Shown here: piece by piece, positions 1 to 9,642 of the stretch
Layout: the number at the start of each line of letters is the position of its first letter
How positions within the stretch are numbered: position 1 is the stretch's first letter
Source of the DNA: Anthoceros angustus
Taxonomy: Eukaryota; Plantae; Anthocerotophyta
NCBI GenBank assembly: GCA_010909165.1
Contig: VJWM01000135.1
Location: forward strand, 1 to 64,000
Direction: 5' to 3'
DNA: 64,000 nt
Program-made: the position numbers and the translations under genes
The notes under the pieces: model-generated
Database searches by the model: none
Told to the model about the DNA's origin: nothing
Seen by the model: only the letters and a program-made list of their open reading frames with translations

Positions 1-688
1 TTTCCCACATTTGTTTCAAGCAAACTCGCAATAATAGGGTCGAAAATTGAAAACCCCGAGTGAAGATCGAGCTGTTGTAAATAGATTGATAAATGTATGC
101 CGATATCTTCATATATGGGATGAGGAAAACAAAGTGTTCCTCATTCTCAACATCCTGCATAACCCGCATATTCGGGTCTCCTTAGGTGGCTTTGGACGAG
201 CCATCTATCGCCTCAACCACGAGATGGTGGGACCCCACCAAGATGACCCATAATCATCCTAAGCTTGAAGGACACATGGGTGCGGAGATAGAGAGGAAGC
301 ATTGGTTTCCCGAGTTGGAGAGGATACGAAAAGTTGTTTGTAAGTTTCTAGCTTAGTAGGTAAGGGAGAGATAGGAGACCGTATACGACAAATAGGTAGT
401 CCGCAAATCAAGGCGGATGGACTTATTCGGAGGAGGGGAGAAGAAGAATTTTATTTATTCATAGAGGTGAGGTGTGAGGTGTGTGATGTAATCCAAACTT
501 CTCGGCCCAAGTAGTGAGAATTTCCAAGCATGCGCTAAAGATCTTGGCCTCTGAATAATAGCAATATATACCAAGGAGAGGAGGCTAACTTTCGGAGGAC
601 TGGAATGCAAGAAGGAGGTATGAGGGAGTGGAGGTGGGGTGATTAGAATGGGCTTCTTCTAAAGAGTAAAGGCGGTATAGGAAGTTGG

Positions 689-1684
689 TTAGGCGAAATA
701 GACCTCAAGTTCAAGCGGAAAGTGGCAAACTCGCAAGAAAGATGGCAAGGGGGACTTCTTACATGCAATGTCAAGAAAGGACGTTTGAATCTCCTCCACC
801 TTGCGCCAGTCATCGAGGGAGAGATAGGGTCCCCAAAACTCGGCTGCATACATAGCCGAAGGAACAACAACCGTGTTGAAGAGCCATTGCTGAGTGGGGA
901 TGTCCTTGATGTGCATCCTAGAGCACTGTCTCCGAACCCCACAAGCAGATGCCACACCCTTGACAATGCGAGCAGAGGCAGAGAGCTTCCATCGGAGTGT
1001 TGGGCCATAGAGAGTGCCTCCAAGGTAGACATAAGATCGAACAACCTCCACAGGTTCACCATTATAGAAGAACTTCAAATTGTCGACAGATCCCGGTTGA
1101 AAAACATGACCTTGGTCTTCTTCAAGTTCACTTCCAAATCTCTTGCCGAGAAGCGAGACAATGTGTCTAGTTCTTGGAGGCCCTCGGAGAATGGGACAAA
1201 AGAGCAATGTCATCTCGTGACAGAGAATAGCAATATATACCAAGGAGAGGAGGGGAGATAGGGTCCCCAAAACTCGCAATCCAAGACTCAGCTCATCAAT
1301 GAATAAGCCAAATAAGTTGGGAGAAGATGGATCTCCAGACTCCCAAATTGCAAAGCAAATCCAAAAGGTCAAAAGCAAGAAGGAGGTATGAGGGAGTGCG
1401 GATCTTGGCCTTCACCTTTTCATAGAGAACTATGGCATGTAAAAGATGAGCAGGCAACCCCAACCTATGAAGCCGGGCAAAGAGCTTCTCGCGGAGATAG
1501 AGTCGAAAGCTCTCTTGAAATCAACAAAACAGACATAAACATGTCGATCGTCCTTCCACCTGCTCTTGGCCTCCTGAATAATAGCAATGAGAGTGAAAAG
1601 ATTATCCTGAGTATTCCGCTGACGAAACCCTGGCCTGCTCGATCCAACATTCTCGCCCAAGAAGTAGTGAGAATTTCCAAGCAT
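689..1684 (-). pseudogene. LINE ORF2, reverse transcriptase domain in two frames
   Basis: ORFs 1430..1684 and 689..1378 carry non-LTR RT blocks; the catalytic YADD region (~1180-1260) is corrupted by a patch of locally repeated sequence. Confidence 0.82.
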
Positions 1685-2217
1685 GCGCTAAAGATCTTGG
1701 CGAAGATGGACTCAACCATGATATACCAGTTGGGAGAAGATGGATCACTGTCTTGAAGATGGAATGGATGTCATTCCAACACCATGCCTCAGAAAACCAT
1801 GGACTAAAGCCTCATTGAACAAAGCGGCTAAGGGAGGGCAAGAAAGAAAGGAAGCCTCCAATAAGATTGTTCGATGAGAGAAAAGTTCTCCGTGGATATC
1901 TGCAGGTCGAGGCTCTCCCGATCCGAGTTTGTTGAGGGTGATAAAAGTGGAGGGTGGGGCGGAAATGCCTTGAATAAAGGGTGATACAAGTGGAGGGTGA
2001 TACAAGTGGAGGGTGATAAAAGTGGACTCTAGAAGAAGAGAGTTTGCACATACTTGATAAGCTCGGAGAGGCCTCCAATAAGATTGTTCGATGAGAGTGA
2101 AACTCCTTCCAAAAGGTCAAAAGCAAGACGATGGTTGAGGGAAGCAAGAGCTTCTCCGAGAAGCCTCAAGAGGCGATCACGTTGGGAGGAAAAGAAAGCA
2201 GACTTTTGATAAGAGCC

Positions 2218-3213
2218 TTATAAGGCTTGACAATTGCCTTGTACAATGGGAATGATGAGACTTGGATGGGACATTGAGAGCACGGAGGCACTTATGAGTA
2301 TGAAAGCGAGACGCTTGCATTCATCATCAAACCAAGGGTGGCGAGGAGCGTGTTGGAGAGCTTGACAGATGACAAGGTTTAGGGGAAAGATTTTATGTGC
2401 AGAAGATAGCATGGCAGAAGTGAAAGCAGTGGCTTGTTGGGAGAAGGGAAGGCCAGGAGGAATGGCAGCCAAGGACTTTTTTAGAAGAGAGGAGTATTGG
2501 GAAGCAAGACGATGGTTGAGGGAAAAGTGGACTCTAGAAGACTTGTGGGATTGGAGCAAGGCATCAGGCTTGTCATAGGATATATGCCAAGAAATGAAGA
2601 CATGGTCAGACTCAAGAGGCTTGAAGTCAGAGACCTGCAATTGGTGAACCGAAGAAAGAAAGGAAGCCTCTCCAATGACGTAATCAAGGACAGCAGGAAG
2701 TTGACCTGAAGGGGCATAGTGGGTAAGCCTCTCGCTCCCAGGCCATTGAGGAAGACCATTGAAAATAAATAGGCTGTGCGACTCCACCAGGTTGAGAAGA
2801 GCCCTGCCAAAAACATTAACCTGGTGCGGATCATCAGACCGTCTCTGGAGGCCAACCTCAGCAAGATCAAGCGGGAATAACTTTTGTTGGTCATCCGGTG
2901 CATAGATGGGAGATTGCTCGGAGGATGTCCAAGCATTAAAGTCTCCCACCAACAAGATATCCCCAAGAGGCATAAAATGCATGAGATCTTCTGAAAGGTC
3001 TTGAAATGTCATATGAGGCTGGCCTTTGGCATGAGGAGAACCCTGAGGTGGAAAATAGCAGCATGCTATGAATAAATGACGATTAGATGGAAGAATCATT
3101 GAGACCGATCCACAAAACTCTCGCCAAAGAGTCCTCCTTACCGATGAATTGTGAGAGAGAAGATCGGAAAAAGCAAGCCACACCACCAGCTTTGGGTGTC
3201 TTGGAAGAAACAT
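2218..3213 (-). pseudogene. LINE ORF2, apurinic/apyrimidinic-type endonuclease domain (N-terminal part)
   Basis: 331-aa ORF with CYFPP, ILLVGDFNAWT, VLDYVIG, ESDHVFI and the downstream PWFDDECK motif typical of LINE ORF2. Confidence 0.85.
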
Positions 3214-5066
3214 AATTCTGAATAAAGAGAAGGAAAGGAAATTGGGAAAAGTGGGAAGATTGCCCGGTGTTCGTGAGTTTCCGTGAGAAGATCAAGTCGT
3301 CACTGAAGGTGGAGCATACCACCGGTTGTGCCCATAAAGAACCATTGCAATTCCGAAGCCATCCTAAGGATGGACCCGAGTGGGCCTTGCATGAGACCCT
3401 CATAAGTCCGAGCCCATCCGGATGCTTGTGGCATCCTTGATAAAACAAAGTGGTCCCCATGGAAAATGCGATTTTCCCGCCGAGCCTCCAGGCGGGGCAT
3501 GCATACTTGGTCTTGACCTGCAACTTGGTTAAATCATCTGCGATAAAAATATTTTGGCCGCGCAAATTAGTGCGGGCCCGCAAGACTTGGAGCCTATCCG
3601 ACAGAGTAAACGGATGAGGAAAAGTGGACTCTAGAAGACTTGTGGCATCCTTGATAAGCTCGGAGGATGTCCAAGCATTCGGAAGGATATTGAGGTAGTT
3701 GGAGCTTAGTGGCTAGGAACTCAGACACCACCTCCTGCCTTGAAGAAAGGAAGCCTCCAATAAGATTGTTCGATGAGAGAGAAGATCGATCCGCCTGAGA
3801 TTCAACAATAGTTGCATTCATCATCAAACCAAGGGTGGCGAGGAGCAGCAGTGATTGGGGCCTGAACCAAGCCATTGCCCAACTTTTCCACCTCCAGTTG
3901 CACGAATTGTTTGGTTGCAGAAATGTGGTCTGCCACTTCGAGCTTTGAGATAGACAATTTACCAGATAGGTCCTGCAATTCTCTTTGCACAAATTGTTTC
4001 AGGACCAAGCACTTGGCATCCATAGAAGTGGAGGCACGGTGCATGAGGTCCTCTCTGAATTGTGGCATCTCCTTGTTGAGCATATAATCTGCAGAAAGAT
4101 CCTGCTTGAAAGAATCCATGAAGCTTTCAAAGAGGAGAGAAAGGGTGATACAAGTGGAGGGTGGGGCGGAAATGCCTTGAAGAAAGGGTGATACAAGTGG
4201 AGGGTGGGGCGGAAATGCCTTGAAGAAAGGGTGATACAAGTGGAGGGTGATTGGATTATGTAGGCAATTGCTTGTTGAGGGAAGCAATTTGGTGCCGATC
4301 GGACTAGATCCGCTTGAAAAGTTGCTTGGAAGGACTTGAATAAAGGGTGATACAAGTGGAGGGTGATTGAATTATGTAGGCAATTGCTTGTTGAGGGTGA
4401 TTGAATTTTGTCTTGAAAAAGTTGCTTGGAAGTATGAAACTTGGACTTCAGCTCATGTAACTCACTGGAAGCGGAAGATCTGATTGCAACTTTTTAATGT
4501 CTGCTTGGAAGGACTTGAATAGCCTCTCGATTTTATTTTTGCATCTCGTACCCAAGGACGATGGTTGAGGGTGATTGAATTATGTAGGCAATTGCTTGTT
4601 GAGGGTGATTGGATTATGTAGGCAATTGCTTGTTGAGGGTGATTGAATTATGTAGGCAATTGCTTGTTGAGGAAAAGTGGAGGGTGGGGCAGAAATGCCT
4701 TGAATAAAGAAAGGGTGATACAAGTGGAGGGTGATACAAGTGGAGGGTGATACAAGTGGAGGGTGATTGGATTATGTAGGCAATAAACGGGTGATTGGAT
4801 TATGTAGGCAATAAACGGGTGATTGGATTATGTAGGCAATAAACGGGTGATTGGATTATGTAGGCAATTGCTTGTTGAGGGTGATAAAAGTGGAGGGTGG
4901 GGCAGAAATGCCTTGAATTGAAATATGGTGCGGCCGTCGCAGCCCTCGCTACCAAGACATGTAACATAAAATTGCTCCTTCACAATGTATGTATGAGTGC
5001 ATGGACCAGCCCTCGAGCTTCCACTCCCGCATTCATACCCCTTCACAGTGCATGCACCAATGCATG

Positions 5067-5132
5067 CACGAGCCCAAAGAATTCACGAGCCCAAAGAATT
5101 CACGAGCCCAAAGAATTCACGAGCCCAAAGAA
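5067..5132. repeat. 17-bp tandem repeat (CACGAGCCCAAAGAATT), ~4 copies
   Basis: Copies start at 5067, 5084, 5101 and 5118. Confidence 0.95.
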
Positions 5133-6249
5133 AGAAAGGGTGATAAAAGTGGAGGGCGCAGAAATGCCTTGAAGAAAGGGTGATACAAGTGGAGGGCGCA
5201 GAAATGCCTTGAATAAAGGGTGATAAAAGTGGAGGGGTGATACAAGTGGAGGCAGAAATGCCTTGAAGAAAGGGTGATACAAGTGGAGGGGTGATTGAAT
5301 TATGTAGGCAGAAATGCCTTGAAGAAAGGGTGATAAAAGTGGAGGGCGCAGAAATGCCTTGAATAAAGAAAGGGTGATACAAGTGGAGGGGTGATACAAG
5401 TGGAGGGCGGGCTGAGATCACTATCCTACGAGGAACCTCGCCGAGTTCACACCCCCATCAAAGCCTGGAGCTGGAACAGATATAAAGAAGCACTTGCAAC
5501 TAGTACTTGCAACTGTGAGGCGGAAATGCCTTGAATAAAGAAAGGGTGATAAAAGTGGAGGGGTGATAAAAGTGGAGGGCGCAGAAATGCCTTGAGCAAA
5601 TAGCCTTGAGCAAATGCCTTGAAGAAAGGGTGATACAAGTGGAGGGGTGATACAAGTGGAGGCAGAAATGCCTTGAAGAAAGGGTGATACAAGTGGAGGG
5701 GTGATTGGATTATGTAGGCAATTGCTTGTTGAGGAAAAGTGGAGGGGTGATTGGATTATGTAGGCAGCAAAAGGTACTTCAATTCTCTAGGATCAGCAAA
5801 TGGTGATTCAATTCTAGGAATGAGCCGGGTTTGGGTGCCATATAGTGTGATGTAGGAAGGGGGACATGAAATACTTTGAATAAAGGGTGATACAAGTGGA
5901 GGGCGCAGAAATGCCTTGAATAAAGGGTGATACAAGTGGAGGGCGCAGAAATGCCTTGAAGAAAGGGTGATACAAGTGGAGGGGTGATACAAGTGGAGGG
6001 GTGATTGGATTATGTAGGCAATAAATGGTGATTGGATTATGTAGGCAGCAAAAGGTACTTCAATTCTCTAGGATCAGCAAATGGTGATTCAATTCTCTAG
6101 GAATGAGCCGGGTTTGGGTGCCATATAGTGTGATGTAGGAAGGGGGACATGGATTTTATTCATAGAGGTGTGAGGTGTGTGACGCTTTGTTGAGGGTGAT
6201 AAAAGTGGAGGGGTGATACAAGTGGAGGGCGCAGAAATGCCTTGAAGAA

Positions 6250-6362
6250 AGGGTGCAGACCGGACTTCCCGGAGGTCACCCATCCCAAGATCGATCCGCC
6301 CAAGGGCGCTTAATCATGGAGTTCGATGGGATCCGGTGTAGTAGCCTGGTATGACCGCACCA
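6250..6362 (-). rRNA. 5S rRNA: 5S rRNA copy 1 (113 nt; degenerate or error-laden)
   Basis: Reverse complement reads GGTGCGGTCATACCAGGCTACTACACCGGATCCCATC...GGGATGGGTGACCTCCGGGAAGTCCGGTCTGCACCCT. It has single-base losses in homopolymers and a deviant central segment. Confidence 0.85.
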
Positions 6363-7121
6363 CGTGTACCAAGGGTGTCCACGTGGACCAACACGTCGGC
6401 ATCCGCCTGGCCGGCAGCCGGCCCCGAGGGTCATTCTTTGTGACGGCGTGTGTGTGACGCTTTGTGGGGCCCGGGTCATTCTTTGTGACGGCGTGTGTGT
6501 GACGCTTTGTTGAGGGTGATAAAAGTGGAGGGCGCAGAAATGCCTTGAAGAAAGGGTGATAAAAGTGGAGGTGGGGCAGAAATGCCTTGAATAAAGAAAG
6601 GGTGATACAAGTGGAGGGTGGGGCGGAAATGCCTTGAATAAAGAAAGGGTGATACAAGTGGAGAGTGGGGCGGGAAATGCCTTGAATAAAGGGTGATAAA
6701 AGTGGAGGGCAAGACATGAAATACTTTGAATAAAGGGTGATAAAAGTGGAGGGTGATTGGATTATGTAGGCAATAAATGGTGATTGAATTATGTAGGCAG
6801 CAAAAGGTACTTCAATTCTCTAGGATCAGCAAATGGTGATTCAATTCTCTAGGAATGAGCTGGGTTTGGGTGCCATATAGTGTGATGTAGGGAGGAAGTA
6901 GGAGTTGGGTTTGGGTTTCATTTTATTTTATTTTATTCATAGAGGTGTGAGGTGTGTGATGTAGGAAGGGGGGACATGGATTTTATTCATAGAGGTGTGA
7001 GGTGTGTGATGTGGGAAGGGGGGACATGGATGTTATTTATAGAGGTGTGAGGTGTGTGATGTAGGCAGGACATGGGAGTTGGGTTTTGTTTTATTCATGA
7101 AGATTTCAAAGAGGAGAGAAA

Positions 7122-7240
7122 AGGGTGCAGCACCGGGACTTCCCGGGAGGTCACCCATCCCATTACTAATCCGCCCCAAGGGCGTTTAACTGCGGAGTTC
7201 TGATGGGATCCGGTGTAGTAGCCCTAGTATGACCGCACCA
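7122..7240 (-). rRNA. 5S rRNA: 5S rRNA copy 2 (full 119 nt)
   Basis: Reverse complement TGGTGCGGTCATACTAGGGCTACTACACCGGATCCCATCAGAACTCCGCAGTTAAACGCCCTTGGGGCGGATTAGTAATGGGATGGGTGACCTCCCGGGAAGTCCCGGTGCTGCACCCT. Box A and box C are recognisable, stem I pairs, and a TTTT run (Pol III terminator) follows. Confidence 0.95.
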
Positions 7241-7594
7241 CGTATACTAGGGTGTCCACGTGGACCAACACGTGCTGGCATCCGCCTTGGCCGCCGCCAG
7301 CCCGGGCCCCCGAGGGGTCAATCTTTGTGACGGCGTGTGTGTGTGACGTTTTGTTGAGGGTGATAAAAAGTGGAGGGTCATTCTTTGTGACGCTTTTGGT
7401 TTTAGAAGTTGACCAATCCACTTTTGTAGGGTGCTGAGAGGAGATAGCAGATAGCACTCAGTTTTGATCGGGTCAATTACGCTTTTCGTCTTAGAAGGTC
7501 AGAATCCACTCTTCTGGTTTTAGAAGGTGGAATTTGGATCAATGCCAGTAGCATGCACTATGTACAACAACTCCTCCAAACCCGGTGAGGAAAC

Positions 7595-8500
7595 TTAAGC
7601 ACTAAAGCCTGTTGTAAGAGGTGCCCATAATGATTCCCTACGACCACCGATCATGTCGATCGAACATGCTTCTGCCGCAGCTTCTGCCACCTTCTTGGGA
7701 CCGAACCCAGAGTTGCACATGTTTGTGAAGGATCGCATGTGCTTCATGCCATCTTGGGTCACGAGCCACACTCACTCGTAAGCCCGCACTGCATTCATGC
7801 ATCCAGACATCCGATTAACCTCAAATCTTTGTGAAAGAGAAAACGAAACATTACGAAGACCAGCTCCCACCACTTACCACGGCCTTGAGGCACTGCCAGC
7901 CGTCGACAAGAGGCAAGGCCGGCTTCCGTAATGCTGCCAACATTTCAGGCCCCCACTCAAACCCGAAGACCAGCTTCCCCATCAAGTTGACACTGGAGTC
8001 GATGTGTGCACGCTGAGACATTATTCTTGCTATGTCCTGAGCAGCTTTCACTTTGTTCGTCGACCCTTCTGGTGAATGCTTGTACTGGAAAATCAATCGC
8101 AAAGGGGACAAGGAAGAGAAGGATCGATGTCAGACATGCAAAAACCAATTACCCTCTTCTCTTCCAAAGTTCACAGCAAATCCACATGAAGAGTAATGAT
8201 GCTTGTACCTTGTGCCAATAGTGCAGCAAATGAGCATGACGTTGATTCACGTGACTCCCACAGTACATTGTTCCCTAAATGCCCATGTCCAACAAGGTAG
8301 GCCTGCTGACGTTCGCATTCAGAGGGTCATAGCTTAAGAAGAGCGATAATTTGTCGCGTATTGCATCACATGTGAGCCAGATCTGTAATTGTTGTCATTC
8401 GAGGTCCTCTTCTTCACCTGTCAAAGAAGAGGAACTCCAACAAGGAGATGAGCACAAATGAGTCTTGCAATTGAAGGAACAGTATCGTGTCTCTCAGAAC
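7595..8500 (-). pseudogene. VPE: Vacuolar processing enzyme (legumain, peptidase C13) 3' half with introns, frameshifted, catalytic N-terminal part absent
   Basis: Translated pieces VKKRTSNDNNYRSGSHVMQY, HVNQRHAHLLHYWHK, YKHSPEGSTNKVKAAQDIARIMSQRAHIDSSVNLMGKLVFG..PLVDGWQCLKAV and GMKHMRSFTNMCNSG..APLTTGFSA* (TAA 7595-7597) match the plant legumain C-terminal prodomain. Confidence 0.88.
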
Positions 8501-8968
8501 TAACAAGAGGACGCCGATGCGAAGCTCGCACTCAACGTGGTCTTGATCTACATGAGGCGTGAATCCACATGGTCTCTCATGAACGTGGTTTTAGGCCCGG
8601 TCTCCGTGATCCGCACCGGCAGCGGATTAGGCGTCTTGTCGCATCTGCACCGCTTTCTTTTTAGATCGGTTCACCCGCGATGAGAAGTGCATAGCTTTGA
8701 AAACCTGATTTGAAACCTAGACTTCAAACCAACGGGTTTGGAATCCTTTCATCCCGGGTATGGAAAGCCGGGTATGGAAATGCAAGTACAGAGAACGGGT
8801 GCAAAAAGCCGAGTATGCGACGGGAACCACAAACTGATGTTGCCGCTATGTCGTGTATGTCGATATGAAGCCACGGTACATCGGGCTGCGCGGTACATCG
8901 GGTTGCGCGTCCGCACGGGTCTGCTGACCGTATTTGCCTTAATGGCCATAGGGTATCGATGGGAAAGC

Positions 8969-9075
8969 CAATTCTCTAGGATCATCAAATGATGATTCAA
9001 TTATCTAGGAATGAGTGTGCCATATAGTGTGTGATGTAGGAAGGGAAATAGGAATTGGGTTTGGGTGCCATATAG
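8969..9075. repeat. Detached copy of the 5S spacer module
   Basis: CAATTCTCTAGGATCA..TGATTCAATT..CTAGGAATGAG..TGCCATATAGTGT..GATGTAGGAAGGG matches 6061-6143 and 6803-6890. Confidence 0.85.
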
Positions 9076-9642
9076 TTCGTTCCGCCCGTGACATTTAATT
9101 CCTTACTGGAATAAAATGTTAAAGAACAGCTTTTTCTTCTTCTCTCGATGTACAAGAATCATTGAATGGCTTGCCAGTTGGCTGTTGGCTGGAAGGCTTG
9201 ATGCTGAACGTCGGGTACGCTGTCACATTGCACAGTTGCGGAGCATGGCTAGCTGGCTGTTCTCGATTCGGACTTGGCACCGACAAACCCGTGGAAGTGC
9301 ACGGGATCCCGTGCCCACGTCTGAAAAGCAAAGATTGCTCTCTCATCTTGGGGCTTGAGTCTGAGGGGCCTGCCGTTATATGCTGCTATAGCGCGAGAAG
9401 CGGGACGAGGGCCTGGACCACGGTGGAGATCGGTCTGAGGGGCCGGAGGCTATCGGATCATTTTACGCTCCCGCGTCGGATCGGATGAACCGGCAGGCAG
9501 GATGGGAAGGAGCTCCAGGTGGGTCAGTGCGGGAGTGATATTGCAAGGAGGCCTGCATTGCCTTGTAGTCTGAGTCGTTTCCCCTGCAGACGTTTTGTAG
9601 CTGTCAGGACGGAGGGCTGAGAGAATCCAGCAGCAGCCCAGG

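Larger units (their letters stand above)
1..4560 (-). mobile_element. Non-LTR retrotransposon (APE-type LINE, RTEX/L2/CR1-like), near full length, frameshifted and scrambled; 3' end lies beyond the window start
   Basis: In order on the minus strand: coiled-coil ORF1 pieces (IERLFKSFQADIKKLQSDL ~4470-4530; LFESFMDSFKQDL ~4100-4140), ORF1 end motif NLRGQNIFIADDLTKLQ (~3520-3570), APE motifs (GDFNA, LDYV, SDH) plus PWFDDEC in ORF 2218..3213, RT motifs (GFRQ..DNLF, YVCFVDFKRAFDSI, GDPSSPNLFGLFIDEL, YVYLG, MYAAEFWG) in 689..1684, and frameshifted RICGLC..VENEEHFVF at ~120-190. Confidence 0.88.
4141..7400. repeat. G-rich modular minisatellite / 5S intergenic spacer subrepeats
   Basis: Many permuted copies of a few modules: GGGTGATA(C/A)AAGTGGAG, GC(A/G)GAAATGCCTTGAA(G/T)AAA, GTGATTG(G/A)ATTATGTAGGCAA, CAATTCTCTAGGA and ATTCATAGAGGTGTGAGGTGTGTGATGT. 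Isolated copies also occur inside the LINE (e.g. 1943-2026). Confidence 0.9.

Noticed and set aside
6250-7240. Cassandra TRIM (5S-bearing LTRs) or 5S-derived SINE3
   Set aside because: Copy 2 is a complete 119-nt 5S with a terminator, and both copies keep ~130 bp of upstream genomic flank. No TG..CA ends, PBS or PPT were found, which fits tandem rDNA units better.
4141-7400. CRISPR array or telomeric tract
   Set aside because: No constant repeat with unique spacers and no cas genes in a clearly eukaryotic context. The G-rich strand points into ordinary genes rather than toward a chromosome end, and no TTTAGGG array is present.
4828-7457. Numerous PPLVSP/LHLYHPFF-rich ORFs
   Set aside because: These are translations of the minisatellite modules; there is no domain signal and no consistent frame.
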